Source: Pocillopora damicornis
Lineage: Eukaryota
Length of the DNA stretch: 64,000 nucleotides
Assembly (NCBI RefSeq): GCF_003704095.1
Contig: NW_020845533.1
Location: 248,001 to 312,000 of the forward strand
Reading direction: 5' to 3'
The translations under genes and the position numbers were made by a program. Positions 48,771 through 63,700 of the stretch are shown here, one piece after another. Each line of letters starts with the position of its first letter. The stretch's first letter is position 1. The notes under the pieces were generated by a model. It saw only the letters and a list, made by a program, of their open reading frames with translations. It made no database searches and had not been told where the DNA came from.

Positions 48771-51700
48771 TCAGCATTTGGTATGGAATGAGTTCTTCTT
48801 GCAGATGGTTTTGCCTTGACCAGCATCTCCGCGTGCGCAGAAGCACTCTTTGCATGTAAACTGATCTCGTTTGATTTGCTCTCGCCACGCACTGACACTG
48901 GCTTGTTGTAATGCTCCAAATTTAGCTTTGTTATCTGATCCTAGGAACGGGAGGCCAAACACAGATCCTTCGGTGGACTTCATTAACGACACGTACTCGC
49001 CTTCAGGAAGGGGAGCTACACCTGAACCAGCCTCGGGTCGCTTTCTATAATACACATTTCCTCTGAAGTTTTGACCGATAACTTCGCCGCGGAACTTTCG
49101 GTATTTTCCGATAACGTTCAAGATGATGTCTTTTGATTCCAACATGCTACTGATACTTTCGAGAGAAGCGAAGTCAGCCATTGAATGACGATCAGTGCTT
49201 GTTAATAGCAGGAAGATCTTAGTAGCAGCTGAAGGAAAAAAAATAAATTTTTACCGATGCAAGTCTTAATGTAAACATTTTCATCTTCCTATATTTTCAC
49301 AGTTACCATTGTTATTTCTTCATTACTACTCACCTGGCCTGAACGGATACTTATAGGCTGCGTAAGCCATAGCCTCCAAAGCATTACTACTGTCGTTGTC
49401 TGAATCTGCGTCGGAGAACTTCAGATGCTCAAAAGCCCCGTCAATGCTATCAATATCATTCATCAGCTGACCGTCAAGGGTGATTGTGTGCGGACCTTTG
49501 TGTATCCAGCGACCACCGAATCCAACCACTCCAAAGCGGAAGGAAAATTTGGATTCACCCAAGGACTCAGTCAAACTGGAGAGGAATGTCGGGAGCTTCT
49601 CAGCATAGCTCTTCAGGATAGAGGTCTCGTGTACAAAAACAACAACATCTACAGCTTTGTCTGCTTTCTGGAACCATGTCTTTCCGATCTTATTATCGCC
49701 GCAGCGACCTAAGAAGAAAAAGATTACATAAATTGGTCAGTTAAGAGATCTCGCGGGCTTTCCATGAAGGACATGCGTTATTGATTATGCGTGCTAAGAA
49801 AATTCTCCTAAAATTGAAGTTTCTTCAAATGTCTAGTTTGTAATTCGTGTTAGTCAACTCTAGTATTGCTCTTTCTTTGGTTCTTCAAGACAGTAACTTT
49901 TGGGTTACCTAACCATGAAAGGTCGTCGTACCAAACGACCAGAAATATCTGGATGTAACGCCAATGGCTACACAATAACTTCACTTACCGCACTCTGGCA
50001 GGTACTCGGCCCACAGTCCCTTCATTCTAACGAGCTCAACATAAGCAGCAGTTGAATTGCAGTGCTTCATGTCTTTAGGAGTGCTCGAGTCGCATTCCCT
50101 GTAATCTTGTTCGCAGGCCTTTATGAAAGGTTCTGGGTTGACAACTGAGAAGAAGCGACTTAGTGGAGAGTTCTTGTCCTTGAAAAGATCTCGGCAGCGG
50201 CGGCTGTAGCTTGTTTGTTTGCACTTGGGCTTTTCCGGTTTCTCCATTGATACTCGGCATTCTGGATCTTTAGTGACCTCCCAAGAGTCCACAAATTCGG
50301 TCAACTTTTTGGTTTGGGCGTTGGAGCTTGTCATCATCTCATCATGGAATTCATTGTTGTTTGTTCCGAGGAGACCTAAACAAACGAGTTACATATTTAA
50401 AGGGGACAGAACTGACTAAACAAGAAAATGGCGAAGGGTAGTTGAGTTTTCTGGAAAAAAAGTGTTACAAATTTCATTTGCAGTGAATTTACTAGAAAAA
50501 CGAATGTAACAGAAAACAAAATTGCCAGGGCCAGAAAATTGGAAATCGATCTATTTCGTACCTGCCATACGTCCATGGAACCACCTAGCAATGTTGAAAG
50601 TACACAAATAGTGCTCGACATCGCAGACGATCTCCAGGCCCATGTCATGACGGAAAATGATGAAAGATCCTTCTCGTTGAACTGTGGTGCTGAAGCTCTC
50701 CACTGGAAGCTCGCTGTTATAACCGTCGGAGACTTTCTTTCCAGATGAAGTTACCTTGACAACCGTCTCAACTCTACCGTCTTGATGTATCTTCACGCTC
50801 GAGTCCTCCGTGATCACGATGATGGCTGTTTCTTGACTCAGGATTGTAAACTTGTTGTCGCGGACATCTCTTGCTAAGACGTACATGCAGCCAGCCTTAC
50901 TGTAACCTGGGAATTTGTAGTAGGTACCATCGAACGTGTACACGTGGGGTCCACCAAAGATCATCGCCGTACCTTTTAACAAATAGTGTACGCATCATTG
51001 GTAAGAGTAGAAAAATTAAATGAACCGGATACAAAATAGCCCTCAGTATAACACGCAGCCTCTAACAAATTCCAATTTATCATCAAATTAACTGCATATA
51101 AGAGTAGATGATAATTATGATAATTTCGTGGATCTTATCGAAACGTAAAAATATTGTATTACTCATAACTACAAAGCAGGAGGAAGAAGAAGCTTAGGGG
51201 TAGAAGTAAAAAGGAACGATCGCTAATTAGATAGCGTGGTGCTTGAGGATCCAAATGAAAATATAAGAACAAGGTTCACTCAGTGAACTTACTGTTAAAC
51301 GGCGGAATCCAATTAATTGGGTTCAGAGAATAGGACATCTGCGACACTTGGTGACTCATCCTTTTCTGCCAGTAGCGTTTAGCTCCGTGCAGGTTACGGA
51401 CGTGTGTTGTAATCATTTTCCTGGTGTAGTACAGGTACTTATGGGCGTGGTTCAAATACAAGACAGTGATTTCGTGCTGGATAATGGCCTTGTACAACGT
51501 CAAGGTGTAGTTTTTCAGCTCGGCATATCTTTGCGAGGTTAAGTTGTAAGCTTCGCCATATAGTTCAAGGCACATCCTCACGGTCTGGTTGAAGGCAATG
51601 CGTGAGTAGTTCCTGACTTTTCCGAATAGTTCTGGCAAGCTACTTGAATTGCACATATCTAAGGTGACATTTTGGACAACTTCGTAAACACCAGCGGTGA

Positions 51701-54700
51701 AATTTCGAGTTATGCTAAATCCTACACTGCACCAATGACGTGAGAAATTCAGAGCTATTGGAAGGTACTTCTTCATCACAGTAGTGTTGTAAGCGGCTTG
51801 AACAGTTCTATTGTACACACGTTGGTAGATCCTTATGGTTTTCTTCAAAGCAACAACAGAGTAGTTCCTAGTCTGAGCCACTGCCTCTCGGTAGAGCTTG
51901 GCGGTTTTGTTCAGTGCTATGGTTGAATATTTCACGGCGTGACCCAGTGCCTTGGTGCAAAGTTTGAACGTCTCGTTGAAAGCTACTCTCGAATAATTCT
52001 TCGTCTTGCCGAAGGCTTCTAACAAACAGGTGGAATTGTAGATATCGAGGGTTACATTTACAGCTACTTCGTAGACCTCGACTGTGAAATTCTTGGTGAT
52101 ACCGTAACATTGACGTGAAAGGTTCAAGGCCATAGGAATGTACGTCTTCATGAAGGTTGTATTATAAACGACCAACACGGTTTTATTGAATAGACGATGG
52201 CAAAGTCTCAGAGTCCTGTTCACAGCCACTGCGGAGTAATTCCTAGCCATTAGCAAAGCTTGTTGATAGATCTTGACTGTCTTGTTCAAAGCTATCGTCG
52301 AGAGATTCTTAGCTTTCAGCAATCCTCGTCGGTAGAGTTTGACCGTCTTGTTTACTGCTATCGTCGAGAAGTTCTTGGCATCGCGGAAAAGCTTGATTGT
52401 TCGGTTATAAGCTGTAGCCGAGCAACTACTGGCTTGACGTAGAGCTTTCTTGTAAAGCTTCACAGTCGCATTGATGGCGATCTTGGAGTAGTTCATGGCT
52501 TTCACCAGGGCCTCTGATGGGCAGGTTGAATTTAAGATATCCAGTGTGACGTTCTGAGCGACTTTGTACACTTGCACGGAGATATCCAGAGTGCGGATCA
52601 TGCAGGTGTTATACAAGTTGCGAGAAAGGTTCAAGGTACGCGATAGATATTTGTTGGTAGCATTGTAATAATAACGTGACAGATTCAGCGCACGAGACAG
52701 GGTAACATTGTAACAATGCCGCGACAAGTTCAAGGCACGTGAAAGGTATCTGTTGGTGACATTGTAGCACTGGCGGGACAAATTCAAAGCACGGGATGTG
52801 TATTGGATGGTGACGTTCCTTATCAAGGTCATGTTCAAACCTCTAAAGAAGTTCTTTGCGACGGTGAAGAAATACGCAGACTTGTGAAGGTATCTCACAG
52901 TCATGGGGTGATACCTGGTCCTCCTGTAAATGTTTCGTAGGAGCCTCACCATCTTGTGACGATAGACCGTTGCAAGTTTCCTAGAGATGTTGAAATAATG
53001 GACAGTGATATTTGCATACTTCTGGGTAAGAGGATGGTTCTTAGTCAGGTTGTAAGCGCTAATCACAAATCTGTAAGTCTGCTGGCGGTAGAACACAGCA
53101 AGATCCCTGGTAACATTGAAGTAGTGAAGGGTGATGTTGATGTATTTTCTTGTGAGATGGTGATTCTTGGTTAAGTTGTAAACCTTCATGGCATAGCCAT
53201 ATGCCTTTTGCTGGTAGAGCACCGTCTTATTCATAGCTACTGCTACCCATGCTTTACCGATGGTCTTGACACGGCCCGACATAATTCTTGCCTTATCCTC
53301 AAGCTCAATAAACTTCTCAACTGACTTTTGTCTCAGCTCTCCATACTTGACAATAACGTTCTGTTTCACTTCATTGTACTTATCGACTGCCCTTTGTTTC
53401 AACATTGCGATTTCCACAGCAGCTTGTTGTTTGAAAAGCCTTATCTTCTCCGGTACTTCCTGTTTCAGTTTCTCCATTTTTTCTAAGACTTCCCGTCTTA
53501 TAGACTGTATCTTTATCACTGCGTTTTGCCTCAGTGACTCAATCTTCCTTGCAGCCTGCTGTTTCAGCGCCTGAACCTTGACTAAGGTTGTCTCCTTAAG
53601 GGATTGCATCTTTTCCAGGAAGTCCCGTTTTAAGGTCTTCATTTTTTCTACTGAGGCTAAGGCTAGGGCTTTGATCTTTCCGTCAAATCTCGGGATAACA
53701 ACAGTGACACCGTGTTCAGTAACCTGGATATACTGGGGAAGAGCCAAGCGGAAGTCCGTGATGGTCTTGTTGATTGTTCCACCAGCGTTGCGGATGGCCA
53801 TACGAGCATTTGTGATGGTCTTGTTGATGGCAATACGGGCATTGCGGATGGACACTAGAGCTTTGACGATTGTCTTATTGACAGCCACATGGAAATCTTG
53901 GACGGTTTTGTTCAAAGCAACACGGGCATCCAGGATTTTCTTTGTGATAATAGAACGGGCAAAATGGATGGTCTTGTTGAGTCTTTGCGTTACGTCTACG
54001 AAGGTGGCGTTCAGATATCCAATGGTGTGATTAACATATCTCATAGTGGTGTTGACAAATTTTAGAGCTGTGAGCGTTGATGCCTTAATGAATCGTGGAG
54101 CATTAACAGTTTGGATAGAGGCATTTACAAATTCTATAGTCATCTGCGCTTTCCCTCTAAGATAATGTCCATGCCTGTTGACAAGGTCCATGGTGACGTT
54201 CCTTGTGAAGTCAAAACTTCTACGCATTCGCCCTTTGACGGCATCGTCGATTCCATAGTACTTGGTGACGAAAACAGCGGTTTCGATCAACTCTGCTCGT
54301 GTATCATTGAAGAGCATTAAGAGAGGTTTGGAGTTCAGTAGAGTTGAATCAATGGCAGCCACTGTTGTGTTCAAGGCACAGGCAAGGCGTACCCTACCGA
54401 TATTATACGTCTCCCTTGTCAAGTTCACAGCCAAACGAGTCAAGTTCAAGGTGAAGTTGTAGGCACGGATGCAAAGGACACGTCCTTTAAGAACAGACTC
54501 ACGGATGGTCATTTTACCGAATTCACGAAGCGCGAGAGAAGACTCGATGTCAAGTGCCATCTGGAGAGCTTGTCTACTCACATTTATTACCCTTTCTTTC
54601 AGGTCCAATGCACTGTCTTTAAGTTCAAGAGCCGTCTTTGTGATGTTCTTTTGCAACATAATCAGTAGCTTGCTGTAGTTGTGATACACAGGTAAAACAG

Positions 54701-57700
54701 TGTCTTTGTAGAATGGCAGGACTTTGTTGAGATACAAAGGCTTCACTTCCTCTCTGTAGTACCTCATGCCTCTTTCGAGTTCTTTTCTGTAATACTTCAT
54801 ACCGTCTTCCAAGGTCTTGTTGATCCACATTCGAGTGAAATTCACCGAAGCAGTTGTCCAGTTGCGAGCAATGGCAATTCCTCTCAAAGTCAAATTCTTA
54901 CAGCGGCCGATGCAGTCCACAGCTAAGGCTTGGTACTTCTTGATAAACAAGGTGTAATTTCTGTGCAAGGGGACCAAGTGGCTGGCATAGATGCGCTCGT
55001 AGTGGCCTTTGAGAATTACGGTATAATTCCTGAGATGACTAGTAAGGATCGCTGTATAATTGCGAATTGTCGCATTGAGCATCCTTGAATAATTCTGTAA
55101 AGTAGCGTTGAGGATCTTTGTGTAGTTCTGGAATGTTGCATTAAAGACATTTGTATAATTTTGGACAGTCGCTTGGACAATCTTCGTATAATTTTGAACT
55201 CTTTCTCTCAAGAATCTTGTGTAGTTCTGAACTTTAGCCTTCAAAATCCTAGTGTAATTCTGAACTTTTGCAGTGAAGTTCGTGTAATAGACCTTTCCGA
55301 TCGCCACAAACTTGCTCGTGATGTTCTTGGCCTCAAGTGTCATATTTCTGATCTGTAGAGAAACATTTCTCGCCAGCTCGATGGTCTTGAACACAGAATT
55401 GTGCTCAACGATCTCGCGAAGCTTCATGGTCTTGAATTCTTCAAACCTCACGATAAAAGTTTGGCGCGTTTCTTGTACCTTCGTCTTAATCTTATCTGCC
55501 ATAACTACAGCCTTAGTTTTAAGATTTTCCATTAATTCGTTGACTTTCTCCAATGCCAACTCGATGGCCTTTCCAAGGTTTACAGAAATGTTCTTAACGA
55601 CTCCTTGACAACTTTCAATCAGTTGCTGGTTACGGAAGTCTTCCATTAGTTCCTGTACGCGTTTGTGATGCACCATGCTTTCAATAGATGTATCTTTAAT
55701 GGCAGTCTGAGCCTTTGAAAGGGCCTTTTCGAAAAGCATTTGGGGATCAGCCAATAGAGTTTGGATCTTTTTCTCAATCTCATCATACATGTCCTTCATC
55801 ATAGCATATCTTCCCTTGATTTCGGCTGGAAGAGTTACGTTCAGATAGAAGATCGCCTCCTTCACTTTGGCTTCAACTGTGGGTTTCATCACTTTCAGGT
55901 ACTCCACGATCTCGTTATACCTCTCCATGACGAATTTCTCAACCATTGCATAACGTTGTTTTACCTGGTATTTCTGGATAAGCCTCTGGACGTCTTCAAG
56001 GGCCATAAATTTTGCATAGCTCTTTCTCAGCTGCTGCCCCGATTCGCTCAACAGTTCTAGTGTTTCGTTGAGTGTTAGCCAAGTGATATTTCCGGCCTTT
56101 TCGAGAAGTGGAAGAGAGACGTTCTTGGCCTTTACTAGGTAGAAGACGGTCTTATTAGCCATATCCCTCATATACGGATGGAAGACGGCGAGAAGTTCTT
56201 TCGCAGCAATGAAGGTGATGTTAGCGGTTTGGTTGTACAGGGCGATCGCCTCTCCGGTGATGTTAATCAGAGTCTTGTTCAGCTTGTGCAGCTCCTTCTT
56301 CCACTCTTCAAATTTTCCTGTGAATCTTACTTTGGCATCGTTAATCTTCTCCTTGATTTTCTTTTCAACAATCTCCTTGAACTCTTCATATTTGTTCTCT
56401 AAGAAGACTCTGTTCTCCAAGAATTTGCGTTCTGCGAGATCGAAAGCCTCGAAATAGAGTTCCTCGAGAGTCTTCTCTTTGTTCTCACTATACCACTTTT
56501 GCATAGATTGTGCGGTCGACTGGACGAAAACCACAGCCTCATTGGCATACATCAGGACGAGAACCTTTCCTCGGATGAAGTTGGCCTTAACCAAGGGGAC
56601 GAAGGTGAGGTTTACGTAACGGATTCCTTGAAGCACAAGAGCTCTGGTCTTGTTGTAGGCTTGTAAACTGATATTCCGTGTCACGTTGTAGACATGCAGG
56701 GTGAGATTGCGCGTCAGATTAGAGTACTTCAACAAGTGCTGAAGACTCAAGTTGCGTGTGAGGTTGTAGTATTGAAGGGAGTAGTTTCGGCCCATGTTGA
56801 AGTAGTGAATAGTCAGGTTTAGAGTTGCATTGTAGTACTGCAAGGCCATCATCTTAGTGTGATTGACCAGGACTAAGGTAAGGTTGAGCGCTCTCAAAGT
56901 TACATTTTTGGTTTCGTTGAAGAGTTTTATCGCAATCAGTGTGGCATTCTTGTAAAGCTTCAGAGCATGGGCAGAAACATTATTGTAGACTTGCATCGCA
57001 CGTACCGTGACATTGTTGTAGAGTTGCCCTGCACGTAGGGTGACATTTTTGTAGAGTTGAAGTCCATGTGTGGTGAAATTATTGTATAGTCTCACTGCGT
57101 GGAAAGTTGCATTCCCGTAGAATTCACGTGCATGGGTAGAAATGTTGCTGTACAGGTTTAGTGCGCGTACGGTGATTTTGTTGTAGATGGCCAGTCCGTG
57201 CTTCCCAAGGAACTCGTAGGTCTTCACAACTATCTCCTCGTAGGTCATGTTCTCGAGCTTTCTAGCCTTAGTGATCAGGACATTCAATTCACCTAATAGC
57301 TTCTCCCGTTGGATCCCAAGACTTTGGATGACATTAGCTTTTAAGTCTTCATATATCCTAATCAGGAGGTTCTTGTAAAGGTTGTACAGTCTAAGTCCTT
57401 CTTGTTGGTGTTCATTGTACAGGATTAAACCGTGTTTCTTCAAGATGTTGCAAGCTACGAGGGTCTTGTTGATTGTGATGTTTTTGTAGAGGCATGCCAT
57501 TTCGTACGAAGCATTTCGCAATTTACTTTCCCAGTGAAGGCTTGTATTCTTGGCCATGACTCCATACTTGGTGAAAACTCGCCTACTTTCCTTGGAAAGG
57601 AAAGTCACTTCCTTCATAAACTTTTCTCCTGAAACTTTCATGTTTACGAGATCAGTTGCTAAGGCCAAGACGCGATTGGCAAGATTGGCGATGTCTTCCA

Positions 57701-60700
57701 ATTCTTTCGCAACTTTCAGTGAGGCATTTCCGATAAAGTCTCTTACACGAAGTGCTCTCGCCTTGATGTTGAATGCTTGAATGTGCTCCACAAGTTGATG
57801 CCATTTGGCTGTAATTTGCAAAGCTTCGAATTTAGCTATGACGTCCATTTTGGCCCATGCTGCTTTGATCTTGCCAGAAACATCTAAAGCACGCAACTGT
57901 TTGGTAATACTAAAGACCTCTGCCGTGATATTTTGGGCAATTATTTGCACTTTCTGAATAGAGAGGTTCACAATTTCGTCAGGACGCATCTTCAGAAGCT
58001 TCTGCAAGGTTTTATTCAGGATCATTACCGAGCTGTTGTAAACCACAATGGCTCGTCGGCTCAGGTTGAGTCCCAGACTAAGTGATTCGTTTAAGATCAT
58101 CTTTGACAGATTGAAGAACTCCATGCCCTTTTCGATAGTCAAATCCAAGATCTCTTCAGCCGACTTTTGTGAATTGTGACGGATAAAGGCAATAAGAGCG
58201 GAGGCGTTCGTGTAAACGGTGTGGTTGATTAATTTCAGTGTCTCAGATGCGATGTTCAGGGAAACAAGAACAGCTTTATCCACGACTTGGCCAATAGGAA
58301 CACTTCGGATGGTGATGTTGCGCACTTTGTGCATTACTTCGAATGCCTTTGGAACAAGGGGTTTGACAATTGGTTCCAAGTATTTCGTAACATTGTTCTT
58401 TACATCTAAGGTGAAGTTCCGCACTTGATGGACAATCTTAAGTACAATAGGATAAGCTTTCCTTTCGAGTGAAATGGAGACGTCCTTAGCAAACTTAATG
58501 AGAGGGCGGTGAGTCTTTTGTAGATCTGAATAGGCAGTTAGAATGACCTTCCTAACCTGGATGGTGATGTTTCTGAATTCCTTTGTCAAGTTCTCGGCCA
58601 AATGGATAGCTTGAATGGTGGCATTCCTTATCAGCTTGGGTAAAACCTTTGTCAAATTTGTCGTGAAATTCAGCGCTGTTTGATGCGCGAGACAAGCTCT
58701 CTTGTAGAGGACCTCCACTTTGGATCGCACGGTCTTGTTAAGCTGTTCGAAATTCTCCAGGAAAGTCTTGTTCAGTAGCTTGAAATGCTCCTCGATCGTC
58801 TTATCGAAAACGGTAATGTTGCGAACACTTGTTGTCAGGTTCTTAGCAAATATTGTTACATTCCTAAGTGTACAGGAAGCGTTGAAGTTGCAAGTGAACT
58901 TTTTCATCTCAAGCATGTACTGGTCATACATGGGACCAAGCCGCCGTCCACGCATCTCAACTTCTCGAAGCCTCTCGATAAGTTCGCGAGTTTTCATCTG
59001 TACTCTCTCCATGAGTTGCGCGGTAATAACTTGAACCTTTTTGGAAACACGCTCGGCAATATCACCCACTCTTTCTCCACGCACCATTACCGAACTCGCC
59101 ATGATGGATAGATTTTTGGCCCAGCCTTGTAAATCCCGGCTGATGTTCTGAAGATGGACGGTTACATTTCCAACTATGGGAGGAAGCACCTCTCTGCGGA
59201 AACGTCTGTAAGCAACCGTGGCATTCTGGTGAATCGTCTTGTAAAACTCCGAGGCATTACCGATTATGTGTGTAAAGTTGGCGTTACCAATCATTCTTGT
59301 AAGGTTGTTAATAGTATTGTTCAATGATGTAAGGGTGATGTTCAGAAGTCGAAGTGACATGTTCTGTGCCATACCTGTGGCGTTCTCCATCAATCCTTTG
59401 TAGTTGAAAGCCTTGCATTCAGCGTAAAACTTGAGAACGGTGGGCTTGATCTTGGCCTCCAACTTCTTAACAAGCACCTCAACCTCCTTAGTCAGGTTTT
59501 TCGTCATAAGGACAGTTAGGTTGTAGAACCTCAAGGTCACGTTCCTGAGGAGGGTCTTAAAAACTTGGGCTTGGTTGACCAAAGTCGCTATGGTAGAGGT
59601 ATTCCACGTTAACGAAACACGACTGGCGTCAGAATTCAGGAGGTACATCAAGCGTGATTCATTTACTACATTTTCTCCAAATTTGCGTTGGATCGTGACC
59701 TGAAGGTGATTAGTTTCCTGCATTTCTCCCACCACTTGTCCAGAGACACGAGGCGTGGCAGTAACGTTAAAAACAATGCTTCTTGAGGCGGGGTTAAACT
59801 TAATAAACCACCCTGCCGTGTTGTTTTGGTAGCTTACGAACGTGCTGGCGACATAGTTCTTCCAGTCAAACCTTCCTGTAAAACCAGCGGTACGATTAAA
59901 GGCAGAAAAGGTCAAGAAAAGGGTCCTTGTTTCTGTGTCTAGCCTTTCAGTGAAGGTCAGTGTTCGCTTGAAGATGGTTAGGCCAGAGGTGAAGGTCTTA
60001 GTGAGTTTATCGTAATCACAGACCACCCGAAGTGACTTCTCAAAGCCTTTCAAATAGACAGCTATTCCTATGTCGTCCATACTCTTCCAACTAGCGTCAG
60101 CAGCCACTGCTGTTCCGGGAAAGACATCGACAGAAATTGCCAGTTTTCGTTCCTCTTCGTTGAAGTCGATTATGTGATTCCACGTCCTCTTGAAGGCTGA
60201 AATCTCCGTTGTGAAATACAGGCCGTGGTCCTGAACAAACATTCCTCTCACTTTCAGTGGATAAACTGGGAAAATTTCAAAGTAGACTTCATAGTAGCCT
60301 GTCTCCTTGTTGAAGTCAAATCGATTTTCGATTTTCTTGCCAAGAATATCCAAGGCGCTGTTGAAGGAGAAGCCATTATTCCTGTTCCAGGTAGTCGTCC
60401 ACGTGAAAGGTTTGCTTGGAATCAATTCAGCTCTGAGATTTATTGACTTGCGTTGCTTGTACCAAACTAAAGAATGAGTCACCGTTTTTTCGGGCTGATA
60501 CTCGACGACTAGAGTGTTAGAAAGTTCTTTAGAAGTGTTTCTGAAAATTCCTGTCATTGAAACTTTCTTGCCTTTAGAATAAATCACAGAGAACCTTCCT
60601 TCGTGATAGGAATCCTCGACGTTAGAGAAGTTGTAATAAGAAGCATCCCAGCCATGCTCAAAGGAGAGGCCCATCGCTCTAAGATTGTACTGATATCCAA

Positions 60701-63700
60701 GTTCGTGAGTCTTTTCGGTCTTGGTATAGATCAATTTTGCGCTATCAACGAAAAGACTTTGGCTTCCATTTCGGAGCATGCGGAAAGTCAGAAACTCTTT
60801 AACACCAGGTTTCTGGGTGACGTATGTACCTTCCCATTCGGCGACGAAACGGCCAAGGTGTGCACGATACTGAAGCGCCTTACGTTGAGTGTTATTCAAG
60901 AAAATCAAAGATGACCTCGCTACAGTAGATTTGTTCCAAAACAAGTGAACAGCTGCTTCTTTTATGATCTTCCCATTCAGCCAGGCTCCCTCGAAGCCAA
61001 CTTGCTTCTTCATAACTGTGGCGTTGAATCCAATTGCTTTTACAGTGCGGTTACGGAAGTAAAAAGTAGTATCGGCGGATCTGTTCAAGACTGTTGTGTT
61101 AAAATGAATGCTTCTCAGCTCAGTGGAGTTTATGTAGCTCATCCAGGATTCAAAGAAAACTGTATTGTGGAACTTGGCAGTTAGGCGGTTAGCATATTCT
61201 GTGGGGTTCTTATACCACTGCGTCTTCAGTTCACCGGTTCTGTTAAGGATCGTCAAGTTGAGAGACATACTGGTCTCTACCGAGCTGTTTGAAAAAACAG
61301 CGCAGATTTTCCCATGCGACCGACCAAGGTATTCAGGATAGATGCATGCAGTTTTCTGAGAAGTCATGTTCTTGAAGACCCCGACGAGAGCAACACTGTA
61401 GTTTTGATAGGCAGCTTGTAGGACGACTTTTTTGTTTGCCCCCTGTAACAAGACTTTGCTCAACAGGCTGACAGATTTGTTGCAGGAGCTCACGTTTAGA
61501 AGTACTCCCAAGTTGGATGGATTACGGAAGTACACTAAAGTAGTATTCATGGTCTTGTTCTTGACTGCGAGGTTAAACTTGAGTCCTTTTTCAGTCTCAG
61601 AGTTCAACAGTGTCCAGATAGCCTGCATGCTTTGGTTTACAGCTGACGCATTGAACTTGATGGATCGCTCATTCGCACTCTGCAAGTAACTCCAAACTGC
61701 TTCAACAGTATTGTTCAAGGTCGAGGCATGGAACTTGATGGCTCTTTCTTTTTCAGCTCTATAATAACTCCAGACAATGTCTACGGTTCTATTCATTGCT
61801 GAAGCATTGAACCTGAAGGAATCTTGTTGATCGCTGTTTTTGAGACTCCAGATGGCTTCCACAGTTCTGTTGGAGGCGGCCGCATGAAATTTGATCGCTC
61901 TCTCGTCATCGCTCCTCATGTAACTCCAGGTGGCCTCCACAGTTTTGTTCATAGCAGAAGCATTGAATTTTATGGAATGTACATATTCACCCCGAAGGTA
62001 GCTCCAAACGGCCTTTACAGTTTTGTTTGAGGTGCAGGCATGAAATTTGATAGCACGTTCCTCCCCACTCTTCACAAAACTCGTGCTAACTTCAATAGTT
62101 TTGTTCATGGCGGATGCGTTAAACTTGATGGATCTTTGATTTCCATCGATACCGTAACCAAAGATAGTCTCAGCAGTTCTGTTGAATCCAGTGGCATTGA
62201 ATTTTATGAGCTTCTCATTGGTGAGGTTAACGAAGGTCCATGCTGTCTCAATCGTCTTGTTCATGGCAGATACGTTGAGCTTCAAACTCTTCTCTCTGAC
62301 GAAATTCAAATATGATAAGGTTGTTTCGAGAGTCTTGTTTAGGCAGTTTGCTTTAAACTTCAATCCCTTTTCACTTGTAAAGTTGAAAAAAGTCCATGAG
62401 GCCTCGGCAGTTTTGTTGAGAGCACTGCCTGAGAACAACAAACTCTTCTCAGTTCTTAAATTGACAAGCGTCCACGTGGCTTTTATGTTCTTATTGGCAA
62501 AATTCGCTTCCAATTTCAGGTTCCTCTGTCTGTCCGTACTCAGCAAGGTCCATGTGGCGTTCATCGTTTTGTTCAGGACGCTTCCGTTGAAAATCAACTT
62601 CTTCTCATTGGGGAAGTCAAGGAAAGTCCAAGACGAGTTGATGGTCTTGTTTTCTGCACTGGCTTTAAACTTCAATTTCTTTTCGTTGGCAAGGTTCAGG
62701 AAGGTCCATGTGGCATCGATGGTCTTGTTGAGAGCACTAGCTTTGAAATTCAGACTCCTTTCGTTTTCCACGTTTGCGAAGCTCCAGGAAGAAGAGATGC
62801 TCTTGTTGAAAGCAATTCCCTGGAATTTCACGCTCTTTTCATTTTGCATGTTCAGAAAAGTCAAGGTGGAGTTCATCATCCTGTATCCACAGTGAGACTC
62901 GAATCTTAGGGTCTTTTTGGATCCTAAGTTTAAGAAGGCCCAGGTAGCATTGTAATTCTTTCTTCCGGTACTTGCCTTGAATGTGAAGCGTTTTTCGTTT
63001 GGACGATTCAACAACGTCCAAGTGGAGCTGAAGGTCTTGTTTCCATAACTTGCGTTGAAATTTAAGCTCTTCTGATGTTCCAAGTTCAAGAAGGTCAAAA
63101 AAGAATTGATTGTGTTGTTTCCAACACAAGCATTGAACTTCAAAGTCTTCTCATTTCTCAAACTAACCAATGTCCATGTGGCATTGACGGTTTTATTTAA
63201 AGCGGAGGCTTGGAACTCTAAACTCTTCGCTGTGTGGCGGTTGATGACAGTCCAGCTTGCCTGCGCTGTTCTGTTCAGGGCGGAAGCATTGAAACGTACT
63301 CCTTTTTTGTCGCCGAAATGGAAGTATGACCAGATGATCTCGGCGGTCTTGTTCAAGGCGGTGACATTCATTCGTAATCCTTTCTCTTTCCCTGCATTTA
63401 CGTATGACCACACAGCCTCCAGAGTCTGATTCAGAGCTGTCGCATTGAACTTGATGCTCTTTTCTTGTGTTAAATTATGGAAGGTTAGAACACTTTGGAT
63501 GTTATGATTCAATCCCGAGACGTTTAATCGCATTCCTTTCTCTGTAGTGAGGTTCACGTATGACCACACCGCCTCGATGGTCTTGTTAAGGGCTGTTGCA
63601 TTAAACTTCAAGCTCTGATCATTTGTGAGGTTGAGGTACGTTAAGGCTGCCTCAAGGGTCTTGTTTAGGCCAGTTGCATTAAATCGCAGCCCTTGTTCTT

